The position numbers were made by a program, and so were the translations under genes. This document shows positions 1 through 8,337 of a stretch of DNA of 64,000 nucleotides, one piece after another (positions within the stretch are counted from its first letter, which is position 1; every line of letters begins with the position of its first letter). The notes beneath the pieces are model-generated. The model saw nothing but the letters and a program-made list of their open reading frames with translations, did no database searches and was not told where the DNA came from. Source of the DNA: Bacteroidota bacterium (GTDB lineage: Bacteria; Bacteroidota; Bacteroidia; UBA7662; JAYUJN01); assembly GCA_043765195.1 (NCBI GenBank), contig JAYUJN010000054.1:558-64557 (forward strand), given 5' to 3'.

Positions 1-487
1 CCGTCGGATAAAAATATATACCAAAAAAAATCGTGTATATCCTAAAATCCCGTAATCCGACGGTTAAAACCGTCGGCTATTGAAAAACCATTTGCTGTCT
101 GGTAATCTCTGGCAATCGTCAATAAAAATCAATACCCGACGGTTTTAACCGTCGGACTAAAATATATGCCAAAAAAAATCGTGTAAATCCCGTAACCCGA
201 CGGTTAAAACCGTCGGCTATTGAAAAACCATTTGCTTTGGGCAATCTCTGGTAATTGTCAATAAAAATCAATAGCCGACGGTTTTAACCGTCGGACTAAA
301 ATATATGCCAAAAAAAATCGTGTATATCCCAAAATCCCGTAAGCCGACGGTTAAAACCGTCGGCTATTGAAAAACCATTTGCTGTCTGGTAATCTCTGGC
401 AATTGTCAATAAAAATCAATAGCCGACGGTTTTAACCGTCGGATTAAAATATATGCCCGAAAAAATCGTGTATATCCCGTAATCCTG
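1..487. repeat. Tandem array (about 3.4 units, cut by the window edge) of a 140-148 bp double-hairpin palindromic unit (repeat family 3)
   Basis: CCGACGGTTAAAACCGTCGG starts at 57, 197 and 344. Its exact reverse complement CCGACGGTTTTAACCGTCGG starts at 136, 275 and 423. The inter-hairpin segments and the linkers are themselves near-identical between units. Confidence 0.9.
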
Positions 488-518
488 TTCTGACGTTTTT
501 CGGTTGGGCGCTTGCTGG

Positions 519-652
519 GCAGAGACGCGATTAATCGCGTCTGTACGTATTTATTCACAAGATTGCATAATCGTACAGACGTTGCACTGCAACGTCTCTG
601 CAATTGCGATGGAAAACCTGGTGGTGGAGACGTTGCGGTGCAACGTCTGTAC
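519..652. repeat. Three REP-like palindromic hairpins with AGACG/CGTCT stems (repeat family 1)
   Basis: 519-546 GCAGAGACGCGATTAATCGCGTCTGTAC; 573-601 GTACAGACGTTGCACTGCAACGTCTCTGC; 626-652 GGAGACGTTGCGGTGCAACGTCTGTAC. The same family recurs at 45681, 45895 and 45952. Confidence 0.85.
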
Positions 653-689
653 AAATTTGCTTCGGCTGTGTCCAACCAATAAAATTCAT

Positions 690-788
690 GGTCGTTGAGC
701 GCAGCCGAAACGAGCCATAGCCAGCCCAGCCGAAACGCCTTTCGGCTTCGCTCAGGGGTTGGGTCGTTGAGCGCAGCCGAAACGACCC
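690..788. repeat. GTCGTTGAGCGCAGCCGAAACG repeat (family 2): two copies flanking an AGCCGAAA/TTTCGGCT hairpin
   Basis: GGTCGTTGAGCGCAGCCGAAACGAGCC at 690 and GGGTCGTTGAGCGCAGCCGAAACGACCC at 761-788. Related copies lie at 40373-40446 and 46003-46056. Confidence 0.85.
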
Positions 789-796
789 AAAACACC

Positions 797-1246
797 CTAA
801 GGCACACGCACAAAATCTAAGGAGCTACCCAAAAACTCAAAACCCAGATAGCCAGCAATTTTTACCTTATTGGCACTCAAAAGCGTAGCAGATGCGCTAT
901 ACACCTGCCCCAGAGGCGGCAGGTAAACCCTGCCGTTCGTCCATTTGTTGTTGCCATCATACTCCAAATTCCACAGCACGTCTATGTATTGCAGGTTGCG
1001 GCTGCGCATTTTTACATTGCTGTTGTGTATGTCTTTATGGTCTTTTATTGCCACGGGCGGCTTGTGGTTGCACGGAAAATCTACCAGCCTGGCATGAACA
1101 AACTTCCCCTTATTATACACCTCCACCGTTATGTCGTAGCTTTGGCACTGCCAAATGCCTACGAGCCGCTGGTTTATTTCGGGCTGCGCTTGCGCCACGC
1201 CACTCAAAAACATAAATGCAAGTAAATAACAAGTTTTTTGCATCAT
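797..1246 (-). CDS. DUF2147-like secreted protein
   Basis: Signal peptide MMQKTCYLLAFMFLSGVAQAQ. The GIWQC...NGRVYLPP...KIAGYLG layout resembles DUF2147. The start overlaps the upstream gene's stop by 4 nt. Confidence 0.7.
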   Translation of the reverse strand: MMQKTCYLLAFMFLSGVAQAQPEINQRLVGIWQCQSYDITVEVYNKGKFVHARLVDFPCNHKPPVAIKDHKDIHNSNVKMRSRNLQYIDVLWNLEYDGNNKWTNGRVYLPPLGQVYSASATLLSANKVKIAGYLGFEFLGSSLDFVRVP

Positions 1247-1917
1247 ATTTCTGTGGGTTCTTGGTAGTTTTGGTTAAATTCGTACAGGCGTGCGGGTCTG
1301 CCCGTAATGTTGTTTACATTAATGCCCGTATCTTTTAGTAAATCCATACTAATTATTTTTTTGCTAAAATTGCGTTTGTCCAGTTCCGTTTCCAAAAGCG
1401 TTTCGTGCAGTTTCAAAAGGTGGTTCATTGTAAACTGTTTGGGCAAAAAATGATGCCCCATGAGCTGAAACGGAATGCGCACTTTTAGGCGGCGGCGGGC
1501 TGCGTCCAAAATATTTCGGTGGTCAAAAGCCAGCTCGGGCAGCCCATCGAGGCTCTGCCACACGGCGTGGCTGGCGTACTCCGTGGGCAATATGGGCGTA
1601 GGCTCGCTGATGTCGGTCATGCCATAGTAGGGTATGGTTACCACCCTGCCCATGGGGTGGCGCTCGGGGTCGAAAAACGACCGCAACTGGCGGCGATAAA
1701 TCGGCTTGCCCAGTAGCTCCACCAGCATTTTGTCGGCACTCGCATCTACCTCATCTTCCAGGGTAATGAGCGTGCTGGGTAGCGCATATTCGCCCTTGTG
1801 CGGCATTTTTGCCCGCTCAATAAGCAGCACCTTTATATGTTCGCCATCAAACCCAAAAACTACGGCAGTAACCGAAAACCCAAACCTAAAAAAATCGTTT
1901 TGTGTTATTTCCTCCAT
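1243..1917 (-). CDS. NrtR-like transcriptional regulator (Nudix-fold domain plus winged helix)
   Basis: 224 aa. The N-terminal Nudix-fold has a degenerate Nudix box (GEYALPSTLITLEDEVDASADKMLVELLG, no REx2EE). The C-terminal half looks like a DNA-binding domain. Confidence 0.6.
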   Translation of the reverse strand: MEEITQNDFFRFGFSVTAVVFGFDGEHIKVLLIERAKMPHKGEYALPSTLITLEDEVDASADKMLVELLGKPIYRRQLRSFFDPERHPMGRVVTIPYYGMTDISEPTPILPTEYASHAVWQSLDGLPELAFDHRNILDAARRRLKVRIPFQLMGHHFLPKQFTMNHLLKLHETLLETELDKRNFSKKIISMDLLKDTGINVNNITGRPARLYEFNQNYQEPTEI

Positions 1918-2045
1918 ATTTTATGTGTTTTTGTTACGCATTGCCAAAAATACCACTACATTTTCTTTTTTAATAGTTTTTGTGGGCTTTTTTTGTTTTT
2001 TTTATGTGTTGGTCGGTTTTTTTTTGAATAACCGCTACTTTTTTG

Positions 2046-2053
2046 TATTTTTG
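2046..2053 (+). promoter_or_regulatory. Candidate Bacteroidota -7 promoter box
   Basis: TATTTTTG matches TAnnTTTG and ends 14 nt before ATG 2068. Confidence 0.45.
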
Positions 2054-2067
2054 AACCAAAATACACC

Positions 2068-3810
2068 ATGCCTATGAACGACTTTATTCTAAAAAAAATC
2101 AATTTCTGGTTAAACTCAAATATTGATATTGCAGACAAGAAAACCATACAAAATTTAATAGATACCAACAACGAAGCCGAACTAAGCGACGCTTTTTACC
2201 AAGATTTGGAGTTTGGTACGGGCGGTTTGCGGGGCATTATGGGCTTGGGCAGCAACCGTATAAATAAATATACCATCGGCGCAGCCACCCAGGGCTTGAG
2301 CAATTATTTAAACAAAACCTTTGATACCCAAATAAAAGTAGCCATAGCCTACGACAGCCGAAACCAAAGCCAGAGCCTGGCGCAGGTGGTGGCAAATGTT
2401 TTTTCGGCAAACGGCATATACGTGTATTTATACGAAAACTTGCGCCCCACGCCGCAGCTATCCTTTACCATAAGGCATTTGGGCTGCCAAAGCGGCGTGG
2501 TGCTTACCGCCAGCCACAACCCAAAAGAATACAACGGCTACAAAGCCTACTGGAACGACGGCGGGCAAATAGTGCCGCCCCACGACCGCAACATTACGGA
2601 GGAAGTGCGCAAAATTACGAGTTTTGACCAAGTAAAATTTGAACCCAATCCCGCACTGATACAAATACTAACGCCCGATTTTGACGAGCCGTACATAAAT
2701 CAAATATTGGATTTGAGCATAGATAAAAAAGGGATAGCGGCGCAAAAAGACCTTAAAATCGTGTATTCGTCGCTGCACGGCACGGGCATTACGCTTGTAC
2801 CAACGGTGCTGGAGCGCATGGGTTTTAACAATGTGCATATTGTGGCGGAGCAAGCCACGCCCGACGGTAATTTTCCGTCGCTCATAGCGCACCCGTACCC
2901 AAATCCCGAAGAAAAAACAGCCATGCAGCTCGCCCTCGACCAAGCGCAGGAGCTAAACGCCGATTTGGTAATGGCTACCGACCCCGATGCCGACCGTGTG
3001 GGCATTGCTGTAAAAAACAACGACGGCGAATTTATACTACTCAACGGCAACCAAACGGGCGCACTTTTGGTGGCTTACATACTCGATGCGTGGCAGCGTG
3101 CCGATAAGTTTAAGGGAAACGAATTTGTGGTGCGCACCATCGTTACCACCGCCATGATAGACAAAATAGCCCAAAGCTACGGCGTAAAATGCTACCAAAC
3201 CCTCACGGGGTTTAAGTACATTGCGGGCTTGATAAAGGAGCTGGAAGGCAAAGAAAAATTTATTGTGGGCGGCGAAGAAAGCTACGGCTACCTCATAGGC
3301 GACAATGTGCGGGACAAAGATGCCATAGCCTCTTGTGCGCTCATAGCAGAGATGGCGGCAAGCGTAAAAAACAACGGATTGAGCCTTTATAATTTGCTTT
3401 TGGAGCTTTACAAAAAGTACGGCGTATATCAGGAGCAACTAAAATCCGTTACGCTCAAAGGGCAAGATGGCGCAGCTTTAATTGGGGTAATGATGCAAAA
3501 TTTTAGAAGAAACCCGCCCAAAATGCTGGCTGGTTCGCAGGTAGTTCAAATATTGGATTATAAAAAAAGCATACAATATAATGTGCTGGAAAAAACGGAG
3601 GTAGAACTGAAATTTGAAAAAAGCGACGTGTTGCAGTTCATTACCCAAGACGGCACGATAGTTTCGGCACGCCCGAGCGGCACCGAACCCAAAATAAAGT
3701 TTTATGTAAGTGCCACCGCAGATTTGAGCGATGTGGCACATTATGAACAAGTTAGCCAAGGTTTAAACCAAAAAATAGCCAAAATTATAACAGATTTGGG
3801 CGTAGGTTAG
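2068..3810 (+). CDS. Phosphoglucomutase/phosphomannomutase (alpha-D-phosphohexomutase family)
   Basis: 580 aa with phosphoserine loop TASHNPKEYNGYK, metal site DPDADR and sugar loop GGEESYG. Confidence 0.9.
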   Translation: MPMNDFILKKINFWLNSNIDIADKKTIQNLIDTNNEAELSDAFYQDLEFGTGGLRGIMGLGSNRINKYTIGAATQGLSNYLNKTFDTQIKVAIAYDSRNQSQSLAQVVANVFSANGIYVYLYENLRPTPQLSFTIRHLGCQSGVVLTASHNPKEYNGYKAYWNDGGQIVPPHDRNITEEVRKITSFDQVKFEPNPALIQILTPDFDEPYINQILDLSIDKKGIAAQKDLKIVYSSLHGTGITLVPTVLERMGFNNVHIVAEQATPDGNFPSLIAHPYPNPEEKTAMQLALDQAQELNADLVMATDPDADRVGIAVKNNDGEFILLNGNQTGALLVAYILDAWQRADKFKGNEFVVRTIVTTAMIDKIAQSYGVKCYQTLTGFKYIAGLIKELEGKEKFIVGGEESYGYLIGDNVRDKDAIASCALIAEMAASVKNNGLSLYNLLLELYKKYGVYQEQLKSVTLKGQDGAALIGVMMQNFRRNPPKMLAGSQVVQILDYKKSIQYNVLEKTEVELKFEKSDVLQFITQDGTIVSARPSGTEPKIKFYVSATADLSDVAHYEQVSQGLNQKIAKIITDLGVG

Positions 3811-4294
3811 CCGCCACTTTTTGCTCTATGAGCGTGGTGGAGTAGCCCTGCACCAATGCCACGGTTTGCACCGAGCCGCCGTGTTGCAGCACCACATCTG
3901 CGCCCACTATGTCGTCGGTTTTGTAGTCCGCACCCTTTACCAAAATGTGTGGCAAAATCGCTTTGATGCACAGTAGGGGCGTAGCCTCCTCAAACACAAA
4001 AACGGCAGCCACGCACTCCAAAGCCGCCAGCAACGCCAGCCTGCTGCGCTCGCCTTGCAGCGGGCGGCTCGCACCTTTTAGCGCCCGCACCGAGGCATCG
4101 CTGTTCACCGCCACCACCAGTTTTGTACCCAAATCGGCGGCTCGGCTTAGGTAATCCACGTGTCCTAAGTGCAAAAGGTCGAAACACCCGTTGGTAAAAA
4201 CGATTGTTTCGCCCTGCGCCCTCCAAGCCTCAACCAAAGGTAAGAGGCTTGGTAAACTGTGTTGTTTTTCGCTGATTTTTTGGTTGTAACCCAT
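3785..4294 (-). CDS. D-glycero-beta-D-manno-heptose 1-phosphate adenylyltransferase-like cytidylyltransferase (RfaE/HldE domain II type)
   Basis: 169 aa with the motif FTNGCFDLLHLGHVDYL and downstream KGADY. The 3' end overlaps the convergent pgm-like gene by 26 nt. Confidence 0.85.
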   Translation of the reverse strand: MGYNQKISEKQHSLPSLLPLVEAWRAQGETIVFTNGCFDLLHLGHVDYLSRAADLGTKLVVAVNSDASVRALKGASRPLQGERSRLALLAALECVAAVFVFEEATPLLCIKAILPHILVKGADYKTDDIVGADVVLQHGGSVQTVALVQGYSTTLIEQKVAANLRPNLL

Positions 4295-4423
4295 AAGGCT
4301 GGTTTGTATGCTGGTTTATTTGTCCTTTATTTTCACCCAATAGAACAATTGGTTGCGGTTTAAGTTCCGAGGCGCAAGCGTAAAAATGTGTGGATTGTTT
4401 TGGTTAAATGCCTGTAATTCGGT

Positions 4424-4954
4424 TTAAATTGCTGTTTTATTGGGCGAAACCAGCATTTCTATGTGCCATATATCGTCTTCTAAATACGGCTCGGAGGCTT
4501 GCACGAACCCAAATTTTTCGTAGAACTTTTTTAGGTAAAGCTGTGCGCCAATGCGCACTGGCTGCGCCCCGTACATAGATTTGAGCGTATCCAAACTGCG
4601 GTGCATCAGCGCCACGCCCAAGCCCGAGCCACGCATACTTGCGTGCGTGAGCACCCGCCCCACCGATGCCTCCGAAAAAGCCACGCCCGCCGCCAGCAGT
4701 CGGGTATAAGCCAGTATTTGCCCGTTGCTCGCCTCCGCCCACAGGTGGTGCGCCCGCAGGTCTTTTGCGCCGTCGGCATCTACAAAAGCGCAGTTTTGCT
4801 CCAATACAAAAACCTCCTGCCTAATTTGAAGTATTTTGTATAAATCAAAAATGCTCAATTCATCGATTTTCTTTATTTTCCATACCAATTCATCGATTTT
4901 ATAAGTATTTTCGTCGATTTCAGAAGATTGAGGCTTGTTAGTCATGTTTTTCAT
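4424..4954 (-). CDS. GNAT family N-acetyltransferase (ElaA-like)
   Basis: LYKILQIRQEVFVLEQNC...VGRVLTHASMRGSGLGVALM...AQLYLKKFYEKFGF fits the ElaA/GNAT fold. Confidence 0.75.
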   Translation of the reverse strand: MKNMTNKPQSSEIDENTYKIDELVWKIKKIDELSIFDLYKILQIRQEVFVLEQNCAFVDADGAKDLRAHHLWAEASNGQILAYTRLLAAGVAFSEASVGRVLTHASMRGSGLGVALMHRSLDTLKSMYGAQPVRIGAQLYLKKFYEKFGFVQASEPYLEDDIWHIEMLVSPNKTAI

Positions 4955-5017
4955 GTATAAATTTGCAACAGTTTCAAGGATGTGGAGACATTCATGAGTT
5001 TAGTTTAGGTTTAGTGC

Positions 5018-5050
5018 AAAAAACTGCTCCCTTAAAAGAGCAGTTTTTTT
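5018..5050 (-). terminator. Hairpin plus T-run between the GATase and GNAT genes
   Basis: AAAAACTGCTC / GAGCAGTTTTT stem with T-runs on both strands. It overlaps the last codons of 5032..5634. Confidence 0.5.
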
Positions 5051-5634
5051 TTGTAAAATTCCGTCCGTTTTTCTATCACTTTCAAAAAGTTAGCAAACAG
5101 CATTCTGCCATTTTCGCCCGAGGTTTCGGGGTGAAACTGCACCCCAAAAAACGGCTTACTCAATATTTTTATGGCTTCAAATGTGCAGTGCGGCGAGCTT
5201 GCTATGTGCATTATTTTTCGGTCGTCTCGGGTAAGGCACTCGGTGTGGTCTTGCTCAAAAACCAAATTTTTGATGCCCACAAACAAATCGTGCGGTCTAT
5301 GAACTTTTATCAGCGTTGGCACACGGTTGGGGCTGCACAGCACCACCTCCGCTTGGTACACCAAGCCAAGTATTTGATGCCCAAAGCAAATGCCCAAAAT
5401 CGGAATGTTCAGTTGTCGTACAAAAACAAACTTTTTGGTGTATATTTTTGCATTTTCATTTTGGCTCAGTAAAATGGGTGCGCCACTTATCACCACGCCA
5501 TCGTACTTGGTTTTTATATCGTCCGCCACCAAATCGGACAGCGGCACAGTTAGGCTCGTAGCCCCCAAACCATGCAGCATACTGGCAATAAACGGCGTTT
5601 TTGTGCTGCCGCAGTCTATAATAAGTACGTGCAT
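5032..5634 (-). CDS. Class I glutamine amidotransferase (stand-alone GuaA-N-like domain)
   Basis: Nucleophile elbow LGICFGHQIL and the His-Glu pair in GVQFHPE. Confidence 0.8.
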   Translation of the reverse strand: MHVLIIDCGSTKTPFIASMLHGLGATSLTVPLSDLVADDIKTKYDGVVISGAPILLSQNENAKIYTKKFVFVRQLNIPILGICFGHQILGLVYQAEVVLCSPNRVPTLIKVHRPHDLFVGIKNLVFEQDHTECLTRDDRKIMHIASSPHCTFEAIKILSKPFFGVQFHPETSGENGRMLFANFLKVIEKRTEFYKKKLLF

Positions 5635-6335
5635 TAGTTTTGGGTAATGATTTTTTTGGGCTTAATGCCGTTAAAATTCCTCGGTTTGTGCCTACCAAAA
5701 GCGTGGTAACTGCCTATGGCAATGTATATTATCTTAGATTGGCTGCCCAAATAAGGCATAAATACCGAGCCGTTGGGCTGTATTTGCGAGTAGTTGGCAT
5801 CAAAAAAATCGTTTAAGCGGTATTTTATGCGCAAATAATTGGCTTTGTACCCAAGGCTACAAAAAATGCCGCTGCCGTTCGCCACCGTTTTTGGGCTAAA
5901 ATATTCGGCGGCTTTGTACTTGGTATTGTTTATAAAACGTTTGTTTTTGTAGTGAAAATACAAATCGGGCTCGTATCCGCCCGTAATTTTCCATGATTTA
6001 TCTTCGCCAAAACAAAAATTTAGCTGAATTGGTACGCCCAAAGTCAGGCTGCGGTGCTTGTTTTTGATGCTATCCACGTAAATTAAGCCCGTGTTTTCCA
6101 AAGAAATGCCAGAGGCAATGCCGATGCTTTTATTAAAATCTAAGTTGAACAAAAGGTTCAGATTGGGCAAATAGCTGAACCTAACCCTATTTTTTAGATT
6201 GGTACTTTGGTTCATAAAACTTGTTTTGGCGTAAGAAAAATGGCTCTCACTGTTGTAGGTGTAGTAAAAGGCGGGTTTTTGCGCCAAGGCAGATTGTGCA
6301 AAAAGGAGTATTAAAATGGTAATAAATCGTTTCAT
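5634..6335 (-). CDS. Hypothetical secreted, possibly outer-membrane protein
   Basis: I moved the start to ATG 6335 (MKRFITILILLFAQSALAQ signal peptide). The protein is rich in alternating aromatic and polar beta-strand-like segments. Confidence 0.5.
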   Translation of the reverse strand: MKRFITILILLFAQSALAQKPAFYYTYNSESHFSYAKTSFMNQSTNLKNRVRFSYLPNLNLLFNLDFNKSIGIASGISLENTGLIYVDSIKNKHRSLTLGVPIQLNFCFGEDKSWKITGGYEPDLYFHYKNKRFINNTKYKAAEYFSPKTVANGSGIFCSLGYKANYLRIKYRLNDFFDANYSQIQPNGSVFMPYLGSQSKIIYIAIGSYHAFGRHKPRNFNGIKPKKIITQN

Positions 6336-6441
6336 TGGGCTGGTTATTTTTTTCAAAAATACCGATTTTTTATTTAAAAAACAAAAAAAAGTGTGATTAA
6401 AATTAAAACCCGAAAGTGTAGTAAAAAATAAAATTATTTTG

Positions 6442-6449
6442 TATCTTTG
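6442..6449 (+). promoter_or_regulatory. Candidate -7 promoter box for the rpsF operon
   Basis: TATCTTTG matches TAnnTTTG and ends 25 nt before ATG 6475. Confidence 0.5.
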
Positions 6450-6474
6450 CACCTCAAAAAAAATATTCAACCAA

Positions 6475-6879
6475 ATGATTAACATTCAACAGTACGAAGT
6501 TGTATTTATCATAAATCCGACAATGACGGACGATGTGGTAAAGGAAACGGTTGAGAAGTTTGAAAAGGTGTTAAAAGAAAATAACGCCGAAATAGTTGTG
6601 AGCCACCACTGGGGCTTGCGCAAACTTGCTTACCCAATCCAAAAAAAGAACACAGGTTATTACCACCTGTTCGAGTTTAGGGTGGAAACGTCTATAATTG
6701 CAAAATTAGAGATTGCCCTAAAACGTGATGAAAAAGTAATGCGGTTTTTGACCGTGCGCATGGATAAGTTTTCTATTGCCTACGCCGACCGCAAACGCAA
6801 CCGCATACACGAGCCTGCGGTGGTAGAACATGAACCAGTTGTGGCAGCACAACCTAAAAATGAGGAGGAAGCAGCATAA
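6475..6879 (+). CDS. rpsF: 30S ribosomal protein S6
   Basis: [15 protein letters not shown]...[10 protein letters not shown] with an acidic C-terminus. It is followed by rpsR and rplI in the canonical order. Confidence 0.9.
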   Translation: MINIQQYEVVFIINPTMTDDVVKETVEKFEKVLKENNAEIVVSHHWGLRKLAYPIQKKNTGYYHLFEFRVETSIIAKLEIALKRDEKVMRFLTVRMDKFSIAYADRKRNRIHEPAVVEHEPVVAAQPKNEEEAA

Positions 6880-7142
6880 TGGCAACTACAAGAAAAACTA
6901 CTCGCAGAGTACCCGAAAAACAAGAAAATCGCAAAAAATACTGTCGTTTTCAGAAAAACGGCATTAAATTTATCGATTACAAAGACCCCGATTTTTTGCT
7001 AAAACTCATCAATGAGCAAGGCAAAATATTACCTCGCAGGCTTACTGGTACTTCATTGAAATACCAACGCCGTGTGGCTCAAGCCATCAAACGTGCAAGG
7101 CACATCGCTTTGTTACCTTATGTAGCCGATGGTTTAAAATAA
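6879..7142 (+). CDS. rpsR: 30S ribosomal protein S18
   Basis: 87 aa with CRF...IDYKD...[31 protein letters not shown]. There is a TAATG overlap with rpsF. Confidence 0.95.
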   Translation: MATTRKTTRRVPEKQENRKKYCRFQKNGIKFIDYKDPDFLLKLINEQGKILPRRLTGTSLKYQRRVAQAIKRARHIALLPYVADGLK

Positions 7143-7163
7143 TAACAATAGAAAGACAAAACA

Positions 7164-7607
7164 ATGCAAGTTATTTTAAAACAAGACGTAAAAGGCTTAG
7201 GCTATAAATATGACGTAATAACCGTGAAAAATGGTTATGGACTAAATTGGCTCATTCCACAGGGTTTGGCGGCTACGGCTACCGAATCTGCTGTAAAAGT
7301 GCGCAACGAAAACGTGCGCCAAGCCACATTTAAGCAAGACAAACTAAGAAACGAAGCGCAAGCCATAGCCAACGGTGTAGCAGAATTGACCCTGAATTTG
7401 ACTGCTAAGGCGGGCGAAAACGGTAGGTTGTTCGGTACTATAACCACCACACAACTGGCAGATGCCCTAAAAGCAAAAGGATTTGACATAGACAAACGCC
7501 GCATTGCCTTTAAAACCGACGTAAAAGAGGTGGGCAGCTACGAGGCAGAAATTGATTTGCACCGTGAAGTAAAAGCTACTTTAAAAGTAGAAGTAACGGC
7601 TGAATAA
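7164..7607 (+). CDS. rplI: 50S ribosomal protein L9
   Basis: MQVILKQDVKGLGYKYDVITVKNGYGLNWLIPQGLA is a typical L9 N-terminus. 147 aa. Confidence 0.95.
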   Translation: MQVILKQDVKGLGYKYDVITVKNGYGLNWLIPQGLAATATESAVKVRNENVRQATFKQDKLRNEAQAIANGVAELTLNLTAKAGENGRLFGTITTTQLADALKAKGFDIDKRRIAFKTDVKEVGSYEAEIDLHREVKATLKVEVTAE

Positions 7608-7624
7608 CCCAATAATACCATACA

Positions 7625-7672
7625 AACCCTAAGCCTGTGCGTGATACAAGTAGGCTTAGGGTTTTTTGTTTT
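7625..7672 (+). terminator. Intrinsic terminator after rplI
   Basis: AACCCTAAGCCT ... AGGCTTAGGGTT stem followed by TTTTTGTTTT. Confidence 0.8.
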
Positions 7673-7747
7673 GTGCCGCCCCAACTTTTCGGAGCGTTTC
7701 GGCGTTTATGGCAATACACATTTCTATCATTTTTTAATACTTATAAT

Positions 7748-8308
7748 ATGCGTTTTAACTTTTTTTCTAAATCAGGATTTCTTTCAGCTTGCTTGCTAGG
7801 TTCTGTATTGCTCATAACCGCTTGCGGAGGCAAAACCGAAGACCCCAAGCCGCTGCACATACCCATTAAGTTTCCTTACAACAAAACATTTACTGTGGAT
7901 AGCTCCTACCTTCCAGGCGTTCAAATATTTTTTGAAGACACGGTAAACAGCACCACCCGCTCCGAATTTAAGGTTTTAGAAACCGTTATCGACCAACTGG
8001 ATACCATTACCATAGAAAAAATAACGGTGGATATGGTTACGCCAAACACTACTTTTGATGCTTATACAAGCGTAAATGTGATTATAGCCGCCGAGGGCTT
8101 GCCTACCATCGAAATAGCCCGCAACAACAATTTGCCCCGCAACGCTACGAGTGTAACGCTGCAAGTGCCACGCCACGATATTTTGGCGTATATACGCAAA
8201 AATAATTTTTACATCAATGTTAGCGGCGTGTCGATAGTGCCTACGCCTGTGCGCTTGGACATGAAAGCCGAAATGAAATTTAGGGCTTTGGCAAGGGTAG
8301 GCAGCTAA
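7748..8308 (+). CDS. Hypothetical lipoprotein
   Basis: I moved the start to ATG 7748. MRFNFFSKSGFLSACLLGSVLLITACGG has a lipobox. Confidence 0.55.
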   Translation: MRFNFFSKSGFLSACLLGSVLLITACGGKTEDPKPLHIPIKFPYNKTFTVDSSYLPGVQIFFEDTVNSTTRSEFKVLETVIDQLDTITIEKITVDMVTPNTTFDAYTSVNVIIAAEGLPTIEIARNNNLPRNATSVTLQVPRHDILAYIRKNNFYINVSGVSIVPTPVRLDMKAEMKFRALARVGS

Positions 8309-8337
8309 GATTTGGCTGAATTTGTATTAAAACTTCG

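Noticed and set aside
1-487. Possible CRISPR array, given the regularly spaced 20-nt hairpin repeat.
   Set aside because: The sequences between the hairpins are themselves repeated in every unit, so there are no unique spacers. The hairpin alternates orientation. No cas genes or leader are present.
406-813. ORFs 406..813(-), 504..698(+), 45477..45839(-), 45855..46040(-) and 45904..46257(+).
   Set aside because: They read through the palindromic repeat clusters. Both strands are open because of the palindromes, and there is no start context or protein-like composition.
3785-3810. 26-nt convergent overlap between the phosphohexomutase and RfaE-like genes, considered as a possible frameshift or misassembly.
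   Set aside because: Both ORFs have complete, plausible C-termini. Short convergent overlaps occur naturally, and nothing indicates a disruption.
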